Source: Cyanobacteria bacterium J06626_4
GTDB lineage: Bacteria > Cyanobacteriota > Cyanobacteriia > Phormidesmidales > Phormidesmidaceae
Length of the DNA: 27,839 nt
Direction of reading: 5' to 3'
Assembly (NCBI GenBank): GCA_038523235.1
Contig: JBCBJQ010000075.1
Span: 1-27,839, forward strand
Shown: positions 9,235-19,437 of the stretch, in pieces
How positions within the stretch are numbered: the first letter of the stretch is position 1
How the letters are laid out: every line of letters starts with the position of its first letter
Translations under genes and position numbers: made by a program
The notes under the pieces: generated by a model
What the model was told of the DNA's origin: nothing
The model's database searches: none
Seen by the model: the letters and a program-made list of their open reading frames with translations, nothing else

Positions 9235-12200
9235 ATGCCGAAGCTTGTGTTGATTGCCGGTTTTGAAACCTTTAATGCGGGGCTCTATCGGCAGGCGGCA
9301 GAGCAAGCAATCGCCCGCTGCCCTGACTTAGAGATTCACGTGTTTAGCGATCGCGATATCACGCAGCAGCCCGCCGCGATCGCCGAAGCGTTGACCGGGG
9401 CCGACGTCTTTTTTGCCAGCCTGATCTTTGACTACGACCAGGTGCTGTGGTTGCGCGAGCGGGTGCAGGCCATTCCCATTCGCTTGGTCTTTGAGTCGGC
9501 GCTGGAGCTGATGTCGCTGACCCAGTTGGGCAGATTTGCGATCGGTGACCAGCCCAAAGGCATGCCCAAGCCGGTGAAATTTATCCTCAGCAAGTTTGGC
9601 AACAGTCGCGAAGAAGACAAGCTGGCCGGGTATCTGAGCTTTTTGAAAGTCGGCCCGAAGCTGCTCAAATATATTCCTGTCGGCAAGGTGCAGGATTTGC
9701 GGAACTGGCTGATCATCTACAGCTATTGGAACGCAGGCGGTACCGGCAATGTGGCGGCGATGTTCTGGTTCCTCGGCGAAAAGTATCTGGGGCTGGCCGG
9801 GGGCGACATTCCCGCTGCCGTGACTGCGCCCAATATGGGGCTGCTGCATCCTGATTATGACGGTTATTTTGAATCACCCAGGGACTATTTAGCGTGGTAT
9901 CGGAGTGTGAGGGTAGAGGGGTATGAGGGTAGCAGGGTGGCAGGGGATGAGGGTAAGCGGATAGCAGGATATGGAAGTAGCAGCGCTGCAACCACCTCCC
10001 TCATTGATGACCCAGCCACTCCCCCACTCCCCGACCATCGCCCTCCTCCTCTACCGCAAGCACGTCATCACCCAGCAGCCGTACATTCCTCAATTGATCC
10101 GGGCGTTTGAAACGGCGGGCCTAGTGCCACTACCCGTTTTTATCAACGGGGTCGAGGGGCATGTAGTAGTGCGCGACTGGCTCACTACCGACTACGAACA
10201 GGTCCAGCGATCGCTCGGCAATGTCCAAACGCCCTCCCTGTCAGACCAGGCGGTGCGGGTGGATGCGATTGTTTCCACCATTGGCTTTCCGCTGGTCGGC
10301 GGGCCAGCAGGCTCAATGGAAGCCGGCCGGCAAACGGCAGTAGCGGTGCGAATTTTGACGGCGAAAAATGTGCCTTACTTCGTGTCAGCGCCGTTGCTGA
10401 TTCAAGACATTTATTCCTGGACGCGTCAGGGGGTCGGCGGGCTGCAAAGTGTGGTGCTTTATGCCCTGCCCGAGCTAGATGGGGCGATCGATCCGGTGCC
10501 CCTTGGCGGGCTCGTGGGCGAAGACATTTATCTGGTGCCGGAGCGGGTGCAGCGGTTAATTAGTCGGGTTAAAAGCTGGGTCTCACTGCGGCAGCAGCCT
10601 GTGGCGGAGCGCAAGCTGGCGATCATTCTCTATGGCTTTCCGCCGGGGTATGGCGCGACGGGCACCGCCGCCTTGTTAAACGTCCCCCAGTCTCTGCTAA
10701 GGCTGCTGCAAAGGCTGCAGGCCGAAGGGTACCACCTAGGCGAGCTGCCTGACGCAGGCGAAACACTGATCGATTGGGTCAAAGCGGCGGATGAAGCTGA
10801 TCCTCGCTTGTCTGCTAGCGCCCAGGGAGTGCCCATCTCTCCAGGGTTGGAATCGCCGACCACCGTCAACGTGCGGCAGCTAGAAAAGTGGCTGGGCTAT
10901 CTGCTCACCACTCGCGTCGCCAAGCAGTGGGGCGAGCTGACCCGCACGGGTCTCAAAACCTATGACGAAGATTTTTCCCTCGGTGGCGTGCAGCTCGGCA
11001 ATGTGTGGATCGGGGTGCAGCCGCCGTTGGGTCTGGCGGGCGACCCGATGCGCCTGATGTTTGAGCGGGATCTGACGCCCCATCCACAATACGCGGCTTT
11101 TTATCAATGGCTGCAAAAAGACTTTCAGGCAGACGCCGTGGTGCATTTTGGCATGCACGGTACGGCAGAGTGGCTGCCCGGTTCACCTTTGGGTAACACT
11201 GGTTATTCTTGGCCGGATATTTTGCTCGGTCATCTGCCTCATCTCTATGTCTACGCCGCGAACAATCCGTCGGAATCGATTTTGGCGAAGCGGCGGGGCT
11301 ATGGGGTGCTGGTGTCGCATAATGTGCCCCCCTATGGTCGGGCCGGACTTTACAAAGATTTGGTCACCCTGCGGGAGCTGATTGCCGAATATCGCGAAGA
11401 TCCGGTGAAAAACGAAGGATTGCGCGAGGCCATCTGTAAGAAAATTACCGACACCGGTCTCGCCGCCGACTGTCCCTTTGAGGCCGCCCGTGAACTGGGC
11501 CTCGATTTCACGCTCGAAACGGCCCGCCTGTTTAGCAAAGAGCGTCTGCTGGCCTATTTCAAAACGCTCTACGCATATCTGCAAGTGCTCGAAAATCGGC
11601 TGTTTTCGTCGGGGCTGCATGTGCTGGGGCAGGCTCCCACGGCGGCAACGCGCCACAGTTACCTAGAGGCTTACTTTGGCGAGACGCTTAAGCCTGAGGT
11701 GTTGACGATCTTGAGTCAGCTCGATCCGGCGGGCGATCGCACTTCCCATTATTCCCCTCACTCCCCCGTGCCTCCGCGCGCCGAGTGGCCGCAGCTGATC
11801 GACGAGTTGCTGTTGCACCACTATCGCCAAGCCGCCGATGTGCCCCAGCGTGAGACCGCCCGTCAAAAAATTGCTGAAGCCTTGGAGATCTGCGATCGCC
11901 TGGCCCAAACCACCGACGAACTGACCAATTTGCTGCGGGGCCTGAATGGAGAATACATTCCCCCCGCGCCGGGAGGCGACCTGCTGCGCGATGGTCCGGG
12001 TGTGCTGCCGACGGGTCGCAATATTCATGCGCTTGACCCCTACCGCATGCCTTCCCCAGCCGCCTATGAACGGGGCCGCCAGGTGGCCCGCCAGCTCATC
12101 GCTCAGCATTGTGACGAGCACGGCACCTTTCCGGAAACCATTGCCGTCATGCTATGGGGGCTAGACGCGATTAAAACCAAGGGCGAGTCCATCGGCACGC

Positions 12201-13207
12201 TGCTAGAGCTGGTGGGGGCGGCCCCAGTCAAAGAAGGGACGGGGCGCATTGTGCGCTATGACCTGATCCCGCTGGAGCAGCTCGGGCATCCCCGCATCGA
12301 CGTGCTGGGCAACCTGTCGGGCATCTTCCGCGATAGCTTTGTCAACATCTTGGAATTGCTCGACGATCTCTTTCACCGTGCCGCCGCCGCCGATGAGCCC
12401 ATTGAGCAGAACTTCATTCGCAAGCATGTGCTGGCCCTGCAGGCTGAGGGGGTGGAAAATCCCACGGCGCGATTGTTTTCTAACCCAGCGGGCGACTACG
12501 GTTCCCTGGTGAACGATCGCGTGGTGGACAGCAACTGGGAATCGAGCGAAGAACTGGGCAACACCTGGCGCGATCGCAATGCCTTTAGCTATGGTCGCGG
12601 TGACAAGGGGCAGGCCCGGCCTGAAATTCTCGATACGCTGCTGACCACCACCGGGCGCATTGTGCAGCAAATCGACTCGGTGGAATATGGCCTCACCGAC
12701 ATTCAGGAGTATTACGCCAATACGGGTGCCCTCAAGCAAGCGGCTGAACAGCGCCAGGGCCAGCGCGTCACGGCTAGCTTTGTCGAGAGCTTCTCGCCGG
12801 ATACCACGCCCCGCCCACTCGAAGATTTGCTGCGGATGGAATATCGCACCAAGCTGCTGAATCCGAAGTGGGCGGAGGCGATGGCCGATCAGGGCTCGGG
12901 CGGCGCTTACGAAATTTCGCAGCGGCTAACGGCCATGGTGGGCTGGGCCGGCACGACCAACTTCCAAGATGATTGGGTCTATGACCAAGCCGCTGAAACC
13001 TATGCCTTCGATGCCAAGATGGCGGCCAGGCTGCGGCAAGCCAACCCCGAAGCCTGGCGCAACATCGTCGGTAGAATGCTCGAAGCCCACGGTCGTGGCT
13101 ACTGGTCACCCGAAACAGAGACCATTGATCAGCTGCAAGCGCTCTACGACCAAGCCGATGAAGCCTTGGAAGGCGTATCCGTGGATTTCTTGGCACCCTC
13201 GACTTGA
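9235..13207 (+). pseudogene. bchH: Magnesium chelatase subunit H (BchH-type paralogue, CobN/ChlH family), frameshifted at ~9965-10030
   Basis: The N-part (MPKLVLIAGFETFNAGLYRQAA, ATG 9235) and C-part (PTIALLLYRKH, GFPLVGGPA, HFGMHGTAEWLPG, NNPSESILAKRR, LPTGRNIH, KLLNPKW) lie in different frames. Removing one base restores a ~1323-aa ORF. May be an intact gene with a sequencing error. Confidence 0.85.
9909..9980 (+). repeat. Nine degenerate purine-rich octamers inserted in bchH
   Basis: GAGGGTAG AGGGGTAT GAGGGTAG CAGGGTGG CAGGGGAT GAGGGTAA GCGGATAG CAGGATAT GGAAGTAG, followed by a C-rich tract to 10032. Confidence 0.7.
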
Positions 13208-13412
13208 CGAGCGATCTCCAGCAAGTGCAAAGATTGCGAGACAGTCCCATGGTCACCGTCGCTGAAAGCCGTCGCGGATCTGCAAAGTGGCTTCGCAGTC
13301 TTGTCCTAACCGGACTGGCGACTGCTATCGCTATCCACTTCCAGGTGACACATTGAAGATTCGTTTTGGCAAAAATCCAACGCCATCCAAGCCTCGATCA
13401 TGGTCGATTGCT

Positions 13413-13952
13413 ATGGGATTTTCAGGTATTGAGTGGCTGGCACCAAATGGCTGGACCTTAGACCAACCGCCGCGAGTGGGCGCAAAACAATGGGTTAGGG
13501 TTTCAGCAAATTTCATCTCGGAGCTCGGTCAAGAACTTGTCCTTTATTGGCTACCTGCAAACAGCGCGATCAACGGTTTCGACGATAACAATATGGCGGA
13601 ATTGACTGAACTGAGGTTTGTTTATGGCGTGCTGACTGGACATGACTCTGAAAGACGGACTATCGAATTGCAGCCTCGACAAATCGAGACTTTGCTGGAC
13701 CTTACGCAGGACAGCACTCCAGTTACTGAAACAGACACGCTCATGGATGGCACCCGATACGAAGCAAAACTGAACCGATACACTTGTGTAGCTTATTCCT
13801 TCGAAGGGGATGTTTCGTCAACGTATATTTTCATGGATAGACAACTTGTTTTCCTGGAACAATCCGTTTGGGATGATGACTTCTTCTGGATCGGAAACGG
13901 CAGATTGCCGCAACCGCTGCTGGAAAAAATCTTCGCGACGAATGGTCGCTAA
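13413..13952 (+). CDS. Hypothetical protein (~179 aa), probable integron cassette gene
   Basis: ORF open from 13287; first ATG at 13413 (MGFSGIEWL). Globular-looking composition. Stop TAA lies inside the R'' box of the attC-like site. Confidence 0.65.
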   Translation: MGFSGIEWLAPNGWTLDQPPRVGAKQWVRVSANFISELGQELVLYWLPANSAINGFDDNNMAELTELRFVYGVLTGHDSERRTIELQPRQIETLLDLTQDSTPVTETDTLMDGTRYEAKLNRYTCVAYSFEGDVSSTYIFMDRQLVFLEQSVWDDDFFWIGNGRLPQPLLEKIFATNGR

Positions 13953-14037
13953 CAAGGCGATGCACCGGATTCGCATATCGTTCGTTTGGGCAATGGTTGA
14001 TGCCTTCGACGCGACCCGGCGATCGCACATGTTCGGT
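13947..14037 (+). mobile_element. attC-like integron cassette recombination site (91 bp)
   Basis: CGCTAAC-AAG-GCGATGCACCGG ... CCGGCGATCGC-ACAT-GTTCGGT. Shows the AAC/GTT core, an unpaired central spacer, an L box with an extra unpaired G, and further inner pairing (TCGC/GCGA). Confidence 0.7.
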
Positions 14038-14275
14038 AAGCCCAGCGTTGGTGCGATCAGATGTTGTGTAAATCCCGGTTGCGGAAACGAGAGTTCAAGG
14101 GTTCTAGCCTGATCGCGCCCGATTTTTCAGACACTCCCAAAAAGTCCGCTGTCGGCTCGACAATCCTGGTTATCACAATCTAATCTCTCAGCTCAACAAT
14201 CACTCGCAAGTTATGTGGGGCGGATGGAGTCGAGGGGCGCGGCAGCGATCGCGACTCGGCGAGGGTGAGTTGTCC

Positions 14276-14284
14276 TGCTACAAT
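14276..14284 (+). promoter_or_regulatory. Extended -10 promoter of the tRNA
   Basis: TGCTACAAT (TGn-TACAAT) ends 14 nt upstream of the mature tRNA 5' end. Confidence 0.55.
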
Positions 14285-14298
14285 ACAAGACGGCCAAT

Positions 14299-14370
14299 GC
14301 CGATGTGGCTCAGTGGTAGAGCACTCGATTCGTAATCGAGCGGTCGGGGGTTCAAATCCCCCCATCGGCT
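14299..14370 (+). tRNA. trnT: tRNA-Thr (anticodon CGT)
   Basis: Acceptor stem GCCGATG/CATCGGC, D arm GCTC-AGTGGTA-GAGC, anticodon arm CTCGA-TTCGTAA-TCGAG, T arm GGGGG-TTCAAAT-CCCCC. CCA not encoded. Confidence 0.97.
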
Positions 14371-14593
14371 TTTAACTAGAATTGTCCATTCAATCGCTAT
14401 TTGCCAGTTTGAAGCCGGTTGAGGAATCGTGGATTGGGGCTAGGCTTGTACTGTCTGGCAAGTGCCAGGGTGTTGGTCATGCGGCACCTTGGGGCAACTT
14501 GAAAGGGAGAAATGTGGGCTGTCGGCTCTGGGGCGATGAAGGCTCTCGGATCAGCCGCCCGTTGCAATCAACCTCAAGCCTCAATTTAAAGAT

Positions 14594-17500
14594 ATGCCGT
14601 CCCAGACAGTATCCAGCTCGGATCCGCTAGTCCCAGCCCACCAAGCTTTACACGAAGGATTGGCACAGGCGATCGCTGCCTACCAAACCCTCACGGCCGC
14701 TCAAGGTGACCAGGCTCCTTTAGCGGCACTGTGGCAACAGTTGCAAACCGCTCAAGAGACTCTAGCAGGGTACAGTCAAACCCTGCCTCCCATCTCAAAC
14801 CTTGAGGACGCTAGCGCGATCGCTCCACCCTCGCCAGAGGCTCCGCCCGCTGCCGCCAGTGCAACGCCTCAGTTGCCCAAAGTTATCACGGATTGCCAGC
14901 AACTGTTTGAGATATCCACGGACGCCATCGTTTGGCTCGAAAACGGTGTATTCATCGATTGCAACCAGGCTACGGTAAGACTGATGGGGTATGCCCACAA
15001 GGCAGAATTGCTGGGGAAAAGCCCAGTAGCGTTATCCCCCGAGGTGCAACCCGATGGCACGCCCTCTTTGAAAAAAGCGCAAGAGATCCTGCCTCTGGTT
15101 TTGCAGCAAGGCAGTCATCGCTTTGAATGGATGCATCAACGTACAAACGGCGATAGGTTTTGGGTCGAGATATTGCTGACCGCCATCGATAGCAACGGAC
15201 GGCAGCTGATTCATGGTATTTGGCGAGACATTACAGATCGCAAGGCCACTGAAGCAGAACTTTATGAGCAGGAGCAGCTCCTCCGCAGTACCTATGAAGG
15301 CGTCAATCACAGCATCGTCATTATTGATGTTGTCTCCGAGCGCGATTTTCAATATGTGGGCTGGAACCCCGCCACTGAGCAGAACACTGGCATTTTTAGT
15401 ACAGCGATCGTCGGTAAAACCCCAGAGGAGGCGTTAGGGGTTGAGATTGGCACCAAAGTGCGACAGCAATACGAGCAATGCGTCACGGCAGGCACAGCTA
15501 TTAGCTACGAAGAGTTTCTACCTTTAGATGGCCAAGCCCATTGGTGGCTGACCACGTTGAACCCGCTCAAAGACGCCAACGGCAGGATATTTCGCATTGT
15601 CCTCACGACCGTTGAGATCTCGGAACGCAAAGCAACTGAGATTGCCCTGCAGCAAAAAGAAGTCCAATACCGCAGTATCTTTGAATCAATTAACGACGGC
15701 ATCTTCATCATTGATCTCAGCACCGGACAAACTTTATCCGTCAACCCTGCTGTCTGTAAGATGCACGGCTATAGCTATGAGGAATTTGTTCAACTCAGCC
15801 CTTCAGACTACATTCACCCCGACTCCTTACCTGTCTTTGCCCAGTTCATTGCAGCGGTTCAGGCTGGACAGCAGTTTATAACTGAGGCGATTGATTTACA
15901 CAAAGATGGAACGCCGATCTCGATCGAAATCATCGGTGTGCCCTTTGAGTATGACGAAAAGTCTTGCGTGTTAGCCGTAGTGCGAGACATTAGTGAGAGA
16001 AAGCGGCTAGAGGCCGAACGCAAGGCTGCTGAGGCAGAGCTTTACGAACAAGAGCAAGTTCTGCGCAGCACGTACGAGGGCGTCGATCACTGTATTGTGA
16101 TCGTCGATGTGACTCCAGAGGGAGACTTTCATTATCTCGGCTGGAACCCCGCTACCGCAAAGAGAACCGGCATTACCAACGCCATGGCATTGGGCCAAAC
16201 GCCGGCAACAGTCTTTGGTGCTGAGCCTGGGGCTCATGTCCGACAAAGCTATCAGCGCTGCCTAGAGGTCGGTAGGCCGATGACCTATGAGGAGTTGTTA
16301 CCGCTGCAAGGGCAAGACAATTGGTGGTTAACGACGCTCAATCCACTCAAAGACGAACACGGTCAGATTTACCGAATTGTAGTGACGGCGGTTGACATCA
16401 CTGATCGCAAAGTTACAGAATTCGCCCTGCAGCAGCAAGAGTCTCAATATCGCAGTATTTTTGAGTCAATTAACGATGGCATTTTCATTAGTGATCTAGA
16501 GACAGGCAGGCTCGTAGCTGTAAATCCTGCAACTTACAAGATGCATGGCTACACTCACGAGGAGTCTATCCAGCTCAGTGCAACCGACTTTGTTCATCCA
16601 GACTCTCTTCACGTATTTGCCAATTTCGTAGAAACGACTAGAGCCGGAAATCGTTTCTTCGGTGAGGCAGTGGATGTGCATAAGGATGGCACTCCCATTT
16701 ACATTGAAGTGGCGGGTATTCCTTTTGCCTACGGTGACAATCCCCATGCCCTAGCGGTGGTCAGAGACATTAGCGATCGCAAGCGGTTAGAAGCAGAGCA
16801 ACAGGAGGCTGAAGCAGAACTAAAAGACGCCAATTCTTTTCTCACTTCGGTTCTAGAAGCGCTCCCTGGTCTCTTCTTTGCTAAAGATCGAGACGGGAAA
16901 TACATCACCGTAAATTCCAACTTAGCCAAGTTCTTTCAGCAATCAACATCAGAAGTGATTGGCAAAAGTGAGTTTGATTTCTTCTCCCCTGAAGTTGCTA
17001 AGTCAATGATCGAGAACGATCGGGAGGTCATGGCCCAAGGCGTTGTACAGCGCTTTGAAGAAGTGGCGCCACTCTCACCCTCAGAAAGTGCCATTTACTT
17101 GAGTACTAAGGCCCCCCTGCGCAATGCGGCGGGGAAGGTGGTTGGCGTCCTTGGCTTAGCCCAAGATATTAGCGATCTCAAGGCGATGGAGGCTTCTCTC
17201 CGCGCAAGTGAGCAGCGATTCCGGGATGTGTCAGAAGCGGCTGGAGAGTACATTTGGGAACTCTCTCTGGATGGAGTCTATACCTTTATCACTGAGCAGG
17301 CCAAAGCGGTGAAAGGATACAGTCCCCGTGAACTTTTGGGACGTACTCCGTTGGAATTCATGCCCCCAGAGGATGTCTCTAAGGTTGAAGCCATGGTTAA
17401 AACGGCGGCTGAAAACAAGTCCATCTTTCAGCTTGAGCATCGCAACGTTTTGCCATCGGGTGAAGTGGTTTGGGAAGCGGTGAGTGGTGTCCCTATTTTG

Positions 17501-19207
17501 GATGAGGCGGGTGAAATTACCGGATTCAGAGGAGCCGGGCTCAGCATTACTGAACGCAAGCTGGCCGAGGCGGCGATCGCAGAAAGTGAAGCTAAGTTTC
17601 GCCGTTTGATCGAAAACGCCAGCGACTTGATCTATGCCGCCGACGCTGAGAATCGATTTACCTATCTCTCACCCCAGTTCACCGAAATGTGGGGACATCC
17701 GGTTGAAGATTTCATCCATCAGTCTTTTGTCCCCTTGATTCACCCTGATGATTTGCCCATTGCCTTTAATGCAGTGCAAGCCTTGTTTGCGACTGGCAAG
17801 CGTCAAACCAATATCGAATTTCGCACTCGTCATCAAGATGGCACCTTCTTTTGGATTACCTGCAGCATCACACCGGTAACTAATGACCAGGGTCAGGTCA
17901 TTAGTTACCAAGGCATTGCGCGAGACATTAGCGATCGCAAAGCATTTGAAGAAGCTCAAGCCAGACTCACCGCTATCTTAGATACCACAACGGACTTTGT
18001 CGGCATTTCCAATATGGATGGTGAGCAGCTTTATATGAACCCAGCTGGCCGTCGTATGCTAGACCTCCCAGAAGACTTAGACATTACCGGCCACCCTTTA
18101 GCTACCCACATTCCAGCATGGGCCAAGCCGATCGTATTGAATCAGGGTATTCCCACCGCTATCTGTGATGGGACTTGGCAAGGAGAAGCCGCGCTCTGCA
18201 CCTACGCAGGACGAGAATTCCCCGTCTCTCAGGTGATCATTGCTCACAAGGGCGCAGATGGAGAACCAAAATACTTGTCCACAATCATACGAGACATTAC
18301 TGCTCAAAAACAGACACAAGCAGCCCTACAACAAAAGGCACAGGAACTGGAGCAAACGCTAGAAGAATTGCAGCGTACCCAGCTGCAAATGATCCAAAGT
18401 GAGAAGATGTCTTCCCTCGGGCAGTTAGTGGCAGGGGTGGCCCACGAGATTAATAATCCAGTGAACTTTATTCACGCCAATATTGCCCCAATGTCTGAGT
18501 ACACCCACGATTTGCTTGACTTGGTTGAGCTGTACCAACAGGAATATCCCGCCCCGACCTTGACTATTCAAGATCGTATTGAAGACATGGATCTGGAATT
18601 CGTGAAGGAGGATTCCCCGAAAATTCTGACCTCCATGCAAGTAGGCACAGAGCGCATTCGTCAAATTGTCGGTTCTCTCAAAAACTTCTCGCGTCTGGAT
18701 GAGGCGGAGTGTAAAGAGGCCGATATCCACGCGGGTATCGATAGCACGCTCCTGATCTTAGAAAACCGTATTAAGGCGAGCCCCGAGAGACCTGCCATTC
18801 AGATTGAGAAAGACTATGGTGACTTGCCCTTAGTGAACTGTTATCCAGGGCAGTTGAATCAGGTATTTATGAATATCTTGGCCAATGCCTTGGATGCCCT
18901 AGATCAGCACGATCGCGATCGCTCCTTAGAAGCGATCAAACAACACCCCAGCGTCATTCAGGTGCAGACCCAGCGGGTCGGCTCAGACCGAGTGTTGATT
19001 CGCATTGCCGATAATGGACCAGGGGTTTCAGAGCAGCTACAGCAACGGATTTTTGATCCCTTTTTCACCACCAAGCCGGTGGGCAAAGGCACCGGTATTG
19101 GCATGTCTATCAGCCACCAGATCATTACTGAAAAACATGGAGGCACACTTCAATGTTTTTCAGTTCCGGGACAGGGCGCACAATTCACCATTGAGATTCC
19201 CTATTGA
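14594..19207 (+). CDS. Soluble multi-PAS (9 PAS/PAC) sensor histidine kinase
   Basis: Nine PAS units ending in DIT/DIS-type motifs. HisKA GQLVAGVAHEINNP, N box LNQVFMNILANA, DNGPG, FDPFFTTKPVGKGTGIG. No TM segment or receiver domain. Confidence 0.95.
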   Translation: MPSQTVSSSDPLVPAHQALHEGLAQAIAAYQTLTAAQGDQAPLAALWQQLQTAQETLAGYSQTLPPISNLEDASAIAPPSPEAPPAAASATPQLPKVITDCQQLFEISTDAIVWLENGVFIDCNQATVRLMGYAHKAELLGKSPVALSPEVQPDGTPSLKKAQEILPLVLQQGSHRFEWMHQRTNGDRFWVEILLTAIDSNGRQLIHGIWRDITDRKATEAELYEQEQLLRSTYEGVNHSIVIIDVVSERDFQYVGWNPATEQNTGIFSTAIVGKTPEEALGVEIGTKVRQQYEQCVTAGTAISYEEFLPLDGQAHWWLTTLNPLKDANGRIFRIVLTTVEISERKATEIALQQKEVQYRSIFESINDGIFIIDLSTGQTLSVNPAVCKMHGYSYEEFVQLSPSDYIHPDSLPVFAQFIAAVQAGQQFITEAIDLHKDGTPISIEIIGVPFEYDEKSCVLAVVRDISERKRLEAERKAAEAELYEQEQVLRSTYEGVDHCIVIVDVTPEGDFHYLGWNPATAKRTGITNAMALGQTPATVFGAEPGAHVRQSYQRCLEVGRPMTYEELLPLQGQDNWWLTTLNPLKDEHGQIYRIVVTAVDITDRKVTEFALQQQESQYRSIFESINDGIFISDLETGRLVAVNPATYKMHGYTHEESIQLSATDFVHPDSLHVFANFVETTRAGNRFFGEAVDVHKDGTPIYIEVAGIPFAYGDNPHALAVVRDISDRKRLEAEQQEAEAELKDANSFLTSVLEALPGLFFAKDRDGKYITVNSNLAKFFQQSTSEVIGKSEFDFFSPEVAKSMIENDREVMAQGVVQRFEEVAPLSPSESAIYLSTKAPLRNAAGKVVGVLGLAQDISDLKAMEASLRASEQRFRDVSEAAGEYIWELSLDGVYTFITEQAKAVKGYSPRELLGRTPLEFMPPEDVSKVEAMVKTAAENKSIFQLEHRNVLPSGEVVWEAVSGVPILDEAGEITGFRGAGLSITERKLAEAAIAESEAKFRRLIENASDLIYAADAENRFTYLSPQFTEMWGHPVEDFIHQSFVPLIHPDDLPIAFNAVQALFATGKRQTNIEFRTRHQDGTFFWITCSITPVTNDQGQVISYQGIARDISDRKAFEEAQARLTAILDTTTDFVGISNMDGEQLYMNPAGRRMLDLPEDLDITGHPLATHIPAWAKPIVLNQGIPTAICDGTWQGEAALCTYAGREFPVSQVIIAHKGADGEPKYLSTIIRDITAQKQTQAALQQKAQELEQTLEELQRTQLQMIQSEKMSSLGQLVAGVAHEINNPVNFIHANIAPMSEYTHDLLDLVELYQQEYPAPTLTIQDRIEDMDLEFVKEDSPKILTSMQVGTERIRQIVGSLKNFSRLDEAECKEADIHAGIDSTLLILENRIKASPERPAIQIEKDYGDLPLVNCYPGQLNQVFMNILANALDALDQHDRDRSLEAIKQHPSVIQVQTQRVGSDRVLIRIADNGPGVSEQLQQRIFDPFFTTKPVGKGTGIGMSISHQIITEKHGGTLQCFSVPGQGAQFTIEIPY
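15251..16810 (+). repeat. Intragenic tandem duplication of a two-PAS module (780-nt period)
   Basis: EAELYEQEQLLRSTYEGV begins at 15251 and EAELYEQEQVLRSTYEGV at 16031. Both copies contain WWLTTLNPLKD and QYRSIFESINDGIFI. Confidence 0.9.
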
Positions 19208-19437
19208 TTTTGTTGCGTGAAGGCTAAGGAGTGTAGGGCATGCCAAAAGCTGCTGCAATATGTTTCTTGATGGTTAAAGGAACAGCTGCAGTCTAGCGTG
19301 ACGATGGGTTAGGTCGGTGGGCGATCGCCTCAAAAATGACTCATTGGTGGATGTGCGATCGCCCTGGCCGCTCGGTATGGTGGCGCTATCCCCACAACCA
19401 CCTGCAGAAGATTACAAGACAATCGGAGCGGTTACCC

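Noticed and set aside
13300..13370. Upstream second attC (CCTAAC ... GTT)
   Set aside because: No convincing L-box pairing between the arms.
13810..14112. ORFs overlapping the cassette end (100, 70 and 65 aa)
   Set aside because: Read-through of the attC palindrome in alternative frames; no protein-like features.
14180..14365. 61-aa ORF MGGFEPPTARLRIECSTTEPHR
   Set aside because: It is the antisense translation of tRNA-Thr.
14299..14370. tRNA as the att site of an integrated element
   Set aside because: No integrase and no duplicated tRNA 3' end noticed in the window.
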